DNA from: Zygnema circumcarinatum SAG 698-1b
Taxonomy: Eukaryota; Plantae; Zygnematophyceae
Direction of reading: 5' to 3'
Length of the DNA stretch: 64,000 nt
Assembly (NCBI GenBank): GCA_037447605.1
Contig: CM074807.1
Coordinates: forward strand, 1,302,001-1,366,000
The first letter of the stretch is position 1. Every line of letters begins with the position of its first letter. The position numbers and the translations under genes are program-made. Shown here one piece after another: positions 24,601-36,500 of the stretch. Below the pieces are notes generated by a model. That model was not told the DNA's origin, ran no database searches, and worked only from the letters and a program-made list of their open reading frames with translations.

Positions 24601-25186
24601 CTGTGACACCTCGGGGGCATGACTCCATCCTCGTCTTTGTCGATCGGCTCAGCAAGATGGTGCATTTTGCACCAACTACTAAGACCGCTGGGGCCGACGA
24701 GATTGCACGGTTGTATGTTGACAAAGTGTGGAGCCTGCATGGACTTCAGTCAGAGATTGTGTCTGACCGTGACCCACGATTTACCGGCCATTTTTGGACG
24801 GAGGTGCTTAAAATCGTTGGGACCAAACAGGCACTGAGTACAGCTTTCCACCCGCAAACCGATGGCCAGACGGAACGGGTGAACCGGATCCTGGAGGATT
24901 ATCTCCGGCATTATGTGCGACCCACTCCGGATGAGTGGGACGAACTGCTCCCAGTGGCTGAGTACGCCATCAATAATGCTTACCAGGAATCCATTGGTAC
25001 CACCCCTTTCTTCACGAACTTTTAGGCTGACATCCTAAATCCCACAGCAAGGATCATCCCACGTCCAGTGGAACATGAGCGTCCTGAAACCCCCGATCCT
25101 TATGGAGAGGGGCCGATGGGACTCAGCCTCCCTTGATGATCTTTTGTCAAACTAATGTCTGAGGAGCGCTCTGAGAAATTTTGACA

Positions 25187-26058
25187 TGTTAGTGTAAAAT
25201 GTGGGGCTTGTTGCACTAAGTTGTTGGTACTAAGTTCTAAGAGGGGTGTGCTCAAAAGTGTGTGTGTCCACATTATGCGGAGGGGCGTCTAGGCCGTACA
25301 CAAGTCTTTAAGGGGTAATGCGTGTAGCCTTCAGCAGTGTCGATTTGGCAGGCAAGGCATCCGGAGATAACCGTTGGAGCCAATCGGTGGTACGATTTGT
25401 AGGCGAGGACCTGAGATATGCGGACATTGAGGAGGCCGGTGGCGAGGCCTTGGCGTGGCGGAGTCAGATGTGGCGTGGTAGCGGCGACAAATCAGAGAAT
25501 GGCCTTGGCGAATCAGCGGGCGAGGCGACAGATGCAATTCGGCAATGTCTCATTTGGAGGGCCGATGGCGAATCCGGAAGAGCCGTGTCGGGATAAAGGG
25601 AAGGCCTGTACACGGCCTATAGGTGGGGTGGCGCTCGTGGGCTTACGGGGTCCCACATGGCGCCGAGTAAATGAGTCAGAATCCTACGATTGGAGGACTT
25701 CGGATGGAATAAAATTTGGCCCGGATCGGCGGCATTGATGTCTTTGGATCGGGTGCAATTTGAGGAGGATCGACGGCCGAGATTAGGATCGGGATAAGGG
25801 TCTTGCAAGGCGTAGCATGTGCGGCCGTGACGTGACAATGTCACTATTGGCGCCATATTATATTGTCAAGTTTTATTTCATCTTTATCTTAAGGAGTTTT
25901 AGGCTGGTGGCTTTCTCCTTACATTTTCATATTTCCGCTGAGTTGTTCTCTTGCATTTAGCGTGCTTTGTGTGATTGAGCAATTCATTGAAGATGTCGAG
26001 TTCTACCCAAGGTAGAGGAGAAGTGGCAGCCCCACCAAGGGAGGGCGCTGCAACAACA
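25187..26058 (+). mobile_element. Probable solo LTR (family D) inserted in the family B integrase
   Basis: Interrupts INT between the core and the GPF module and is absent from the other B copy. Shares blocks with 40544-41969 (aaggcctgta..ggcctatagg, gggtcccacat, ggataagg..cttgcaa, ttaaggagttttagg..gctttctcctta). Ends approximate. Confidence 0.65.
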
Positions 26059-26382
26059 CGGCAGACCCTGCTAGCGGCCCAGTCGCGACAAAAGGCCTAT
26101 GCTAACCGTCACCGTACCCAACTCACCTTCAACGAAGGCGATGAGGTGTTGCTAAGTACAGCGAACTTGAGACTCAAAGCTTATGGCGGAACACGTAAGC
26201 CGTGGCCCCGTTTCATAGGACCTTTTAAGGTCGTGAAGCGAATCAATGATGTCGCTTACAGGTTGGATTTACCATCCCACATGAAGGTGCATCCGGTCTT
26301 TCATGTGGGTTTGCTAAAGGCCTACCGTAGCGATGGGAGGATCCAACCACCTCCCCCACCAGTGGAACTTGAAGGTGAACTT

Positions 26383-26500
26383 GAGTATGAAGTTGAAACC
26401 ATTCAAGCCCACCGTATTGTGGGAAAGGGTCGCTCTTCCCGTCACGAATACCTCGTGAAGTGGTTGGGCTATGGGGTTGAACATAGCACATGGGAGGCGA
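26383..26500 (+). other. Chromodomain at the integrase C-terminus (family B)
   Basis: EYEVETIQAHR..EYLVKWLGYGVEHSTWE. A degraded second copy lies at ~31410-31530 on the minus strand. Confidence 0.9.
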
Positions 26501-27471
26501 GGCAACTTAACGGTGCGGGGGCACAAATCCCAACTTGTCTTTGGGGTAGGGCCGCGAGGGAGGCAGGCGAGGGCGGCGTGAGGCCCCTGGGGCGTCCCAC
26601 AGCTTCCGGAAGAGGACTTGACCCGGGGATTGTCAGTGAGGCCACCAGGTTATCCGCGTGAAGTTTGGCGATGTAGTTGAAGCTTCTGTTGCCTTCTTAC
26701 CCAGCTGGCCTTGGCGTGAGCGAGGGCGTTACATTCTCTGTGAGGGGGTAATGTATGAAACCTTCTGATCGCCCCGAGGGGGTTGCTTAGAGGCGTGGCT
26801 CTATGTTTCCATCCAATCACGATTACCTAGCGGTTGGGGCATGCGGATACCCTATGGGGCGGCCGGAGGTCTGGGATTACGAGAGCGTAGGCTGGTTCAC
26901 CGTGGGGCAGCACATAATCTCTATGGGCTGGCGTGGTAGAAGCCAAGGCCCCTCACTCTGGCGTAGAGAGGAGGATCACGGAGCTAACGGCACCCGCAGG
27001 ACCAACCGGTCGCGGTGGATCTCAGGCAGCGGCGGTCCCAGACTTCTCCCGGATTGTCCAAGTACAATAGCGGTTGCGTTGAAATACGGACCAATTTGTC
27101 AGTCGGACCGTAGCGCCAGGATCCAGCAGGTATGAAGCATCTGGCGTCGCGCCGCGCCAGCGGCGCGCGCCCGGCGGGGAATGCGGTGAGAGCGATGCGT
27201 CACGTTACAGCACCTCGACCCATTCGAGTGAGGGGAACCGCGACAGCGATACGCCCATGGGGCGAAGCCGCTTTCCAATCACTCCATCTTTGGTAGGAGG
27301 TTCAGCGGGGAAGCGTAAAGGCGAGGGCTGTCGTCACCCAACCAACATACCGGCATTCGGTTGCACGCCCATCCCGGGCTGCTCCCCACTCTGAAGCTTT
27401 CTCTCTCTCTCTGCTGAACTCTGAAGTGCAATTCCGCGCACGGCTGAAAGGGCGAGATTTCAGTCGTGACA

Positions 27472-30400
27472 CGGGGACGCGCGATGAGGGCATAACCCTT
27501 AATGAACCGGCGATAGAAGGAGGTGAGTCCCAAGAAAGACTTGAGCTGAGTGAGATTCTGTGGAATGGGCATAAGGTCAATTCTTCAATTTTGTCAGTGA
27601 TGGTTTTGGGCCATTGATGCGGCGGTGCCAGAGATAGGTAGATCTCTGGTATTCCATTTGCACTTCTTGGGTGCAATCTTCAGACGCGCACTGATGAGCC
27701 GTTGCAGGACTTGGTCAATGTGTTGCAGGTGGGAGGACCAGTCCTTGCTGTGGATAGAAGCATCATCCACGTAAGGTTCGCAGAAGGCACGACAGGGGCC
27801 GAACACCTGGTTGGCCAGGCGCTGGTGAGTCTGGCTGGAATTCTTGAGCCCAAAGGGAAGCACCGTCCACTGCACGAAGCGCGTGGCTGTGCGAAGCCCG
27901 GTCTTGCAGCGATCGGCCTGTCGCAGGGGGATCTGCCAGAAGGATTTCTGCATGTCAAGTGCCGAGAACCACCGGTCATCAGGGGAGACGCCGTGGAGAA
28001 TCAGGTCCACATCCGGTAATGTATAGGGATCCCACTTCGTTATGGCATTCAGTTTCCGATAGTCTCCACAGAAGCGGAGTGTGCCATCCGGCTTTGGGGG
28101 CAGAACGGTCGGGCTGGCCCAAGGCCCTTCTCCAGGTTCCATCAAGCCGGCAGCCACGTTCTCATCGATCTATCGTTCGACATCGGCCTGCTGGCGGCGG
28201 AAGCGGTGAGTCATGGTCATCCGCGGTGCATCCCCGTATCGATGTAGTGCACTATCCGGTGGGTCTTACGATGTCGGCGAAGATGTAGATAGAAACTAGA
28301 TGATTCGGTAGCAGCGCCAAGCGTAGTGAATGCTGATCGGGTCACCAGAGAGGACTGCTGGTGTAACAAACCCGCCCTCGGCAGGGTTCGAACACAGGAC
28401 CTCCCGGTACCCACACCAGTGCTTTACCATTAAAAGGCAACCGCGGATGTAAGTACTAGGCCATACAACCCATGTATAGCGTTTCGCTACATTCCTCCCC
28501 ACCTAAACCGGGCTCGTCCTCGAGCTCACTCAAGGGTTTTCACGAGCAGCGTTCAAGCTCCTTCAACACATGGACTACGGCCTTAGCCCCTCAGGCCACT
28601 AAGGAACGGGTTCCGTACCATGCTCAGAGATCACGGTGTTTTTAGGGTGGATTGCAAATACCGGGCCCTTGGCTCTGATACCACTGTAACAAACCCGCCC
28701 TCGGCAGGGTTCGAACACAGGACCTCCCGGTACCCACACCAGTGCTTTACCATTAAAAGGCAACCGCGGATGTAAGTACTAGGTCATACACCCCATGTAT
28801 ACCGTTCGTTACATTCCTCCCCACCTAAACCGGGCTCGTCCTCGAGCGCACTCAAGGGTTTTCACGAGCAGCGTTCAAGCTCCTTCAACACATGGACTAC
28901 GGCCTCAGTCCCGAAGGCCACTGAGGAACGGGTTCCGTACCATGCTCAGAGATCACGGTGTTTTTAGGGTGGATTGCAAATACCGGGCCCTTGGCTCTGA
29001 TACCACTGTAACAAACCCGCCCTCGGCAGGGTTCGAACACAGGACCTCCCGGTACCCACACCAGTGCTTTACCATTAAAAGGCAACCGCGGATGTAAGTA
29101 CTAGGCCATACAACCCATGTATAGCGTTTCGCTACAGCTGGCCCCAATCGCATCTGACCCTCTATTTCCAGCCACTCCTCATCACCAATGATCTCGTGGG
29201 GGGGAAAGCTGGGTGCAGCTATCACCGGCGGCAAAAGTTCTTCCGTCGGCGCCCAGAGAGCTAGACTCGGAGGAGCAGGAGGGGGAGTCTTGCATCGGTA
29301 TCAGAATTGGCCGATCCATAGGAAGAATGGGGGCTGCCGACCGCATGGTACATGGTGATCTCTGGGTAGGAGACCTGCGCCGTGGCGTGGCGTTTGGGGA
29401 AGGCGGAGGTGGCAAGGGACTCGAGGATGATGGGGAAGGAGCAGTCTGTCCCGCCAACAGATAAGTACAGCTGACACGTAGCAAAGTCGATTCGTGCTCC
29501 CATCGCAATGAGCCAATCTGAGCCCAGCAGGATAGAATAGTGCTCAGCGGCCGTGATGACCGCATTCACCGTGGCTCCCATCTCGCCAAGGCTGATGATC
29601 ACTTGGGCACTGCCCAATCCTTCATGTAGGCTCCCCTCAACCCCCACATATCGGGGAATGGGCTCGAGCGTCTTGTCCAACTTAACCCCTGCGGCCTTCA
29701 TTCGCGGCCCAGGCCGAACGTCGCGCATAGCTCTGTGTCGATCATGGCAAGCTTTCTTTGGGATGACCGTTGTATACATTGACAATAATACGCCCGTTAG
29801 GTGTTGGGATCGGAGGAGGATGCGGGCTCTGGCGAGGATGGCGGGGAGAAGCGGGCGGAGTGGAGGAGGCAGGTAGCCATGTAGTGTATATGCGGCAAGG
29901 GGATGTGGGAGGAGAGGTGCCATGGTAACGTGGGAGGCCCGCAGGGGTGGCCTGTGCTGTCGGCCAACTGCGAACTCTGGTACGCAGCACGGAACCCGGT
30001 TGCATCAAGCTGGCCCAGCCAGGTAATGCCGATCTTATGCCCTCCCCATGGTGATGAACCATGCGTTTGTCGAGGGATAAGCCGTCTGTCGGGGGTGAGT
30101 GGAGTGGGTGTTTGCACAGGGGTAAAACAGGCTGCCCAGGGCGATGGGAGGGATGGCGTGCATCTCTTACGTCGCTGGCAGTGCTCACCGACAGGCTGCC
30201 TTGCGTATGCGGCTCCCTCCTCATGAATGGTCAATTTCCTCCTCGGCGTGGATCCCAATGGATGACCCGTGGAAGGAGGAGGACTGAGATTCTTAGGGGG
30301 TGGCGACGGTGGAGCCGTGCGAAGGAGAGCTGGCGCGTTGACATCGGCGAGGAGGAATGGCGAGGGGGATGTGATTGCCAGAGATCACTTTGGTTGTGAG

Positions 30401-30540
30401 GAGCACTGCGCGAGCATTGCACAATCTCGGCGATCGGGCAGACACCCTCGCCGAGAAGTGATGGGGATTCGGACCAAACCCGGTTAATGCGGCGGCAATC
30501 TGGGCGGTCGCGTGGCGGCGGGCAGGATCGGTTTCCAGCG
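27472..30540 (-). pseudogene. Inverted central segment of A1 (gag 3' end, protease, reverse transcriptase)
   Basis: RT PWASPTVLPPKPDGTLRFCGDYRKLN..PFGLKN..YVDD (27594-28157), LKSFLGLTSFYRRFIKGYALIARP, protease YSILLGSDWL..GARIDF. Homologous to 57700-59890 (+) of copy A2 but in the opposite orientation to the rest of A1. Confidence 0.88.
28362..29136 (-). mobile_element. Tandem-array TRIM with three ~130-bp tRNA-like LTRs (28362-28491, 28685-28813, 29007-29136)
   Basis: TG...CA LTRs, PBS TGGTATCAGAGCC, PPT aggtggggaggaa, ~193-bp non-coding internal region, 5-bp TSD GCTGG on both sides. Confidence 0.95.
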
Positions 30541-30550
30541 CAATGGTTTA

Positions 30551-33500
30551 TTAACGGTGAAAACCGCCTCTTGATGCAGCGCGATCACACCCGGCACTCC
30601 GAGTTGTGAGAGAGCAAGAAGCGAGAGTAGGCCGCAGGCTGAGGTGCGGCGAATGCCCGATACGTTCGTTGGGTGTGACGGTCAACCTCGCTTGCCGCTT
30701 CCCGTTGAACCTCCTACCCGGCATGGAGGATTAGGCGAGAGCGTAATGGCGGTGCGTGTGCCACACGACGATAGGGCGGGGTATTTGCTTATCTGGTAAC
30801 TCACCGCATTTCGCGGCGCCGCGCTCACGTCGATTGCAATTGGTGTTCGAGATCACAGCAGCGGCCCAGCGAGTCGGCCGGCTTGATCCGTCCGTACCTT
30901 GTTAACACGTAATTATGCGTGAGGGCGGCAGTTACGTTCCCAAAAACGGCAAGGAAGATGTAGTGGAGATTCCGTCCGACCGCCCGGCTAGCGACTCCCA
31001 TATATGTCTCAGTATACGCGCGCCAGGGCACGGCACTTACAAGTTCGATCCTAGGACCCTCCGGTCTAGAGTGGTCCCGGCTGCTGCCCAGCACTGAAGC
31101 GCGCCGGTGAAATTACTAGGAGCGGGCTGGCGCCCTGGCCTGCGTGGGTATTTGTAAAGCGTTGCATTACTCCCCACTGGCCGGATCTGAAACGCGCCCT
31201 GAACGTTCACGTGGTGTGGGAAGTGAAAATAGGCAGCTCGTGAACAGCGGCCTTGTCCGAACTCACGTGATGGGGAGGCTCGAGTAATCCGGTCAAGTCC
31301 CTTTCGGGATTTGGGGCTTTCGGGAACCCCGTGCGCCCTAAGCCACATCTCCTGCCCGGCTGCGCCTCGGTACAAGTTGATGAGCTCACGGCGATTGGTT
31401 AAGTTCTTTTCGGCTTCCCCATGGCCGCATGTTCAACCCCATAGCCAACCACTTCACGAGGTATTGATGACGGGAAGAAACGACCCTTTCTCACAATCAC
31501 AGGTGAGCGGAATGGTTACCACTTCATACACCAGTTCACCTTCAAGTTCCACTGGTGGGGGAGGTGGCTGGATCCTCCCATCGCTACGGTAGACCTTTAG
31601 CAAGCCCACATGAAAGACCGGATGCACCTTCATGTGGGATGGTAAATCCAACAAGTAAGCGACATCATTGATACGCTTCACGACCTTAAAAGTTCCGACG
31701 AACCGGGGCAACAGCTTACGTGTTCCGCCATAAGCTTTTGAGTCTGGATTCGCCCGTGCCAGCAACACCTCATCTCCTTAGTTGAAGGTGGGTTGGGATA
31801 CCTGACGGTCGACATAGGCACGCATTTGGGTAGCGCGAGGTGTACGCGTACCCTGAGCTGCTGAGACGTGGTAGGTTAAATCACGGCGGGAGGTTGATCC
31901 CATCGGTCCACTCTGAAGCCAAGGTCCGGGGGTTGTGGGCAGCCCATGTTCCCGCGGATCGGGGCTGATCCGCGGTGCGAGGGATTTAAGAGGATTGCTG
32001 GCCAAAGTTCAAAGAAAGGTGATACCGATGGACTCTGAAGAAGCATTATTGATGGCGTACTTTTCTGCCCGCGCTGGGGTGATTACGTCCCACCCATCGG
32101 GGTAGGTCCACACCGTACGAGAGGTAATCCTCGAGATCACGATACCGTTAAATTACGGCCATGGAACACGCGGAATTGACTGTACTCAACGCCTGCTTGG
32201 TCCCAACGATTTTGAGCACTTCCGTCCAAAAATGGCCGGTGAATCGTGGATCACGGTCAGACACAATTTCTGTAACAAACCCGCCTCCAGCAGGGTTCGA
32301 ACTCAGGACCTCCCGGTATTCACCTAAGTGCTTTACCATTAAAAGGCAACCGCGGATGTAAGTACTAGGTCATACACCCCATGTATACCGTTCGTTACAT
32401 TCCTCCCCACCTAAACCGTGCTCGTCCTCGAGCACAACACTCAAGGGTTTTCACGAGCGCGTTCAAGCTCCTTCATCACATGGCAGTATGTACGGTTCAG
32501 ACCCTCTGGCCAACCGTACCATGCTCAGAGATCACGGTGTTTTTAGGGTGGATTGCAAATGCAGATGTAGGCTCTGATAAATATGTAGCATTCTGCGGCG
32601 GAGTTGAGCTTCCGGAAACCTCCGCGTACCTAAAGTCGCTTTTTACCATTAAAGAGGCAACCTTGGATGTAAGTACTAGGTCACTTTTTACCCCATGTAT
32701 CACAGATTAGATTTACAATTCGTGAGGCCATGGCGGCTTCCACTTTGTCAACACTCTGAAGCCGTGCAATCTCATTAAAAGTACATTGACAGCCGTAGTT
32801 GGTGCAAAATGCACCATCTTTGAAACCAGAGCGAGCAAAGGCGAGGATGGAGTCATGCCCGAGGTGTCCGCGGGGAAGATCATGATCAAGTCCATACCCA
32901 CAACTGTCCCATTTCGAGAAGGGTGGGGGTTGCGGTGGCGAGGTTGTCGCACCGGTCTTGGGGGTTTGTTGGATTAAACTAAGTTGGACAAAGCGTGCAT
33001 GCAGCTTTCACATCCTCAGTGGGCACGGAGAACTCTGGGCGGTGCCTCACGAGGTTTTGCTTAACTCCCATGTGACCTCGATACGGAGGATCATGCTTTT
33101 GTGCAGCAGCTCACCGAGAATGAGCTGCGTCACGGTCAAAGGCCTTGGGCTTACGACCAACTGCTGGCGTGACGCAGAATCCGTCCTTAGACACCACTTT
33201 TGTCATATGGCCGTACCTTGGCCAGGGGTGGATGCCAGCGCCTGGATCATCGTGCGAGTTGGAGAGAAGCGGGGAGGGTTGGCTGAATCAGCGGTGGAGG
33301 ATCTGTGACAAAGCATCTTGGAGGCTGAGACTTCGGGGTTGGCCCGGCCCCTCACCTCACGATATCACGAACACCAACACTGCGAGGTCGGCCCGAGCGC
33401 ACCATCCGGGCAAGTGCAGGCTGCCTGGGTGGTGCTGAAAATTCTGACCTTAGGGCGTGGGCACAGGTCAAACCTTTGGAGGAACTCAGGCCAGTGCTGC

Positions 33501-36500
33501 CCGCTGGGCAGAGTGTTGGGTTGAGAGAGCGTCGTGAGGACGTGGTCTTGACCCGGCGTGACGCTTTCGCCCCTCTAAATAGCACAGCCATGTCACCAGG
33601 CGTGGACCCGCTACCAGCAGTTCTTGTTACATTCTTGAGAATAGTTGCGCTTCAGCCGGGATTCATTTCTGCGACTTTCATACATGAAGTTGACCATCTT
33701 GAAACAAGGCGGCACCCAAGGCGAATCAGCATACGAAGCCGCTACATAAGGTTTTGGGCGGGTCGCTAAGGAGAGTGGAGTGCGGTAACAAGTGCATAAG
33801 CGCGCACGCAACCGGGCCATGCAGCCGAGGGGTCCACATGTAAAGGGGACACGGAGCGTGTCAAATTAGTCAAAGGGGTAACGGAGTTTACTAAACCGCC
33901 GGATGAACTTCTGAAAATAATTAGCGGCAGAAAGACCTCAACGTGCGGGTCGGTCGGTGGCGCCAAGTTTCTACAGCGGAAACTTTACGGCGGGGATCAG
34001 ACCACAGTCATTGAGGATATGCCAAGATAAAGCAACTCCGTTGCATGAAGTGACACTTCTTCCTCTTGGCATAAAATTGGGGCGCTCTCGAGTTTCGAAC
34101 ACTTTCGAGCGATGTTCAAGATGTTCTCCTCGTCTTACTAAAGACAAGGGTATCATCGGTAAACCAAAAACTAAGCTGAAGTCCATGCCGATGAACATTT
34201 CGTTCATCACAGCCTGGAAAGTCGCCGGAGCATTAGTCAATCCAAAGGGCAACACCTTATATTGGAAGTGAATCACGGCGTCCGGAGCCTTGATTTTGGC
34301 ACATCGGCTTAGTGGCGGATCGATGCGGCACCCACGAACAAGATCAGTGAAGTGGCTGCGTGAAAGGCGACCAACTTCGGTCATCAGCCAAAGTGGTAAA
34401 AAACAAAAGCGGGTTCTTCACGGTTGATCTTGTTACGTCTTGAGATAATCAATACACATACTGGCGAGCCGCATCTTTCTTCCCAGCAGCAAGATGGGCG
34501 CCCCAAAGGGGCTGACTGTTCTATCCAGCCCTTTTTCACGTAATTTTGGCTGCTTTAGCATCACTACTCCGTTTCTTTTGGAGGGCTTAACCACGATAGA
34601 TGCGCCAAAGCGGCTTTACTCGAGCTCAAGAGAGTTGTGTGCCCACTCCTACAGATGGTGGCAGCGCCCTCTTGGAAGGTCGTGAGAAAACATCACGAAC
34701 TCATAACAAAGGTTGGTTTTGAATTAGGCTTGACGAGAGCACATCACGTAGATGTGATCGCCATTCGTTCTGTGTGAGCTGTCGATTCGGCGGGCCATGA
34801 CATGCACCATGAACAAGGTGCAGCTGGCCCCATACTTGCTTTGGCCCGTTAGGCGACCTGGATAAGGAGTAGCGATAGCGGCGAATGTGGCTACGCCGGA
34901 GAGTGCGGGGTAAGCCGCGCACTGTCACCCTTGTCGCGAGGAGGAGATGCAGTATGGGGACGAAAATCCATTTGACGCTTTGACCATGATTTGGCAAAGC
35001 ACTCCCAAATAACACATCGATTACCGAGGGGCGGTTGTGTTAGAAGACACTTGACTGCCCCGGAGTAGGATTGGAGCTTGATCTTGAGTGTGACGCTACC
35101 AGAGATCTGGCCCTTGCGTCCATCCCCGAAAGTAACACTTTCTGAATGGGGATCTGTGGTCAACCCAAATCTCTGGGTGAATGCAGAACTAACAAAGTTA
35201 GCATCTGCCCCAGTATCTAGCAGTATCACTGCAGGGTGGCCATTGGCTGACCCGATGAAGGTCATTGCACGATGGGCAAGATGGAACATGGATCGCACTA
35301 TATGCGAGGGGTGAGGACGAGCCGTCCTCCACACCAAGGTGTAGGGGGATCCAACCAGTGAACTGGTGGATCCTTCCATCGTCTGCACTAGCTTATGCGC
35401 CTTTCACCAATTTGTTTCACCAACGCCCGGTGGCGTTGGGAAAAATCGCGAAGCGCCAGAATCAGCAGAACCAGCACATGCGGCCAGAAGTTAATGGGAA
35501 GTATCCGCCAGAAAGCAAATCCATGGCACATCTAACCAGACATCATTCCCCATAACATTGAGGGAATTGAAACATGCCCGATTGGCCCGCATCATATATC
35601 CATAAACCTAGAGGGTCACGGTCCTGGCGGGGAAAGGGACATGGGTCGGGGGCCCCGCATGACTTTTACAACGGATCGTGCGCACCCAAAGGTCTGCTAG
35701 CAGGATATGATGATTACTCTAAGCCACAAAGTCCTTAACATTGTGAGCGTATATTTATCCCCTAACTTGTTTACTCCACCAGCGTGACTCCTAAAGCTAA
35801 TTTGGTAGGTTGTTTTCGGCCCCTTGCCCTTCTTGTCCTTGGTGTTGAGAGGGCAATCCCGGGCCTTATGCCCCTCCTTGCGGCAGCGGAAACACTTGTT
35901 TTCCCGCTGCATCTTCTCCATTTCACGGAGTTAACCGCGGCGATGCGGTGGGTGGTGAGCCACTTCGAGCTGCTTCGCTTGTTTCTTTCATATCTTAGCT
36001 GAGTCTTTGAAGAATATGCACTTCCTGGAAGCACACATGCAGCTACGACCCTCTGCTGCAAATTAGGAAGGGCTACATGCTCTTGGAGCGATCCAAGCCC
36101 CAGATAGCTGCATCAAAGCCATTTCGAGTGTGGTAGGTCCCACCGGGTTCCGAGTCCGTGGGTTAGTTCTTCATTTGCTTCCTCCGGGTGTGGCTTCAAG
36201 CCACGTCTTGAAGTGGAAAAGGCTTCGGCCTGCCAGGGCTTGCGAGGTGATGATCTGGGGCACAGATCTCATGGCGGCGGCGGCAGTTTGGTGCATGTTG
36301 CGAAGCCTCACGGGCTCAAGCGGGATCAAGGCCCAAAGTGTTTGATAAGTTCATGCAGACTTATCCCAATCCGTCTGATACTCATCGGAAGGCCCTCATA
36401 CACGGTGTAAACTCTCTGGCGAGTCGTAAGCAAAGCTTACGGAGAGACGGTTGAGGTAAACCAAAAGGTAACCCTTCGTTTGACCCACCACTGCTCCATC

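Larger units (their letters stand above)
19430..27471 (+). mobile_element. Chromovirus-type Ty3/gypsy element, family B left copy (5' LTR ~19430-20108, PBS 20111, 3' LTR 26752-27471); the two LTRs are of different variants
   Basis: gag knuckle NKCFIC..GHKARDC (~21500-21545); RT [69 protein letters not shown]; [33 protein letters not shown]; GPF..HPVFHV; PPT gagggggtaa before 26752. Confidence 0.9.

Noticed and set aside
28373-28445. Functional tRNA gene
   Set aside because: 6-nt anticodon loop, poor acceptor and T stems, and embedded in LTRs. tRNA-derived at most.
28362-29136. CRISPR-like repeat/spacer array
   Set aside because: Repeats are 130 bp, the intervening segments are near-identical and carry a PBS and PPT, and there is a TSD. 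It is a tandem TRIM in a eukaryote.
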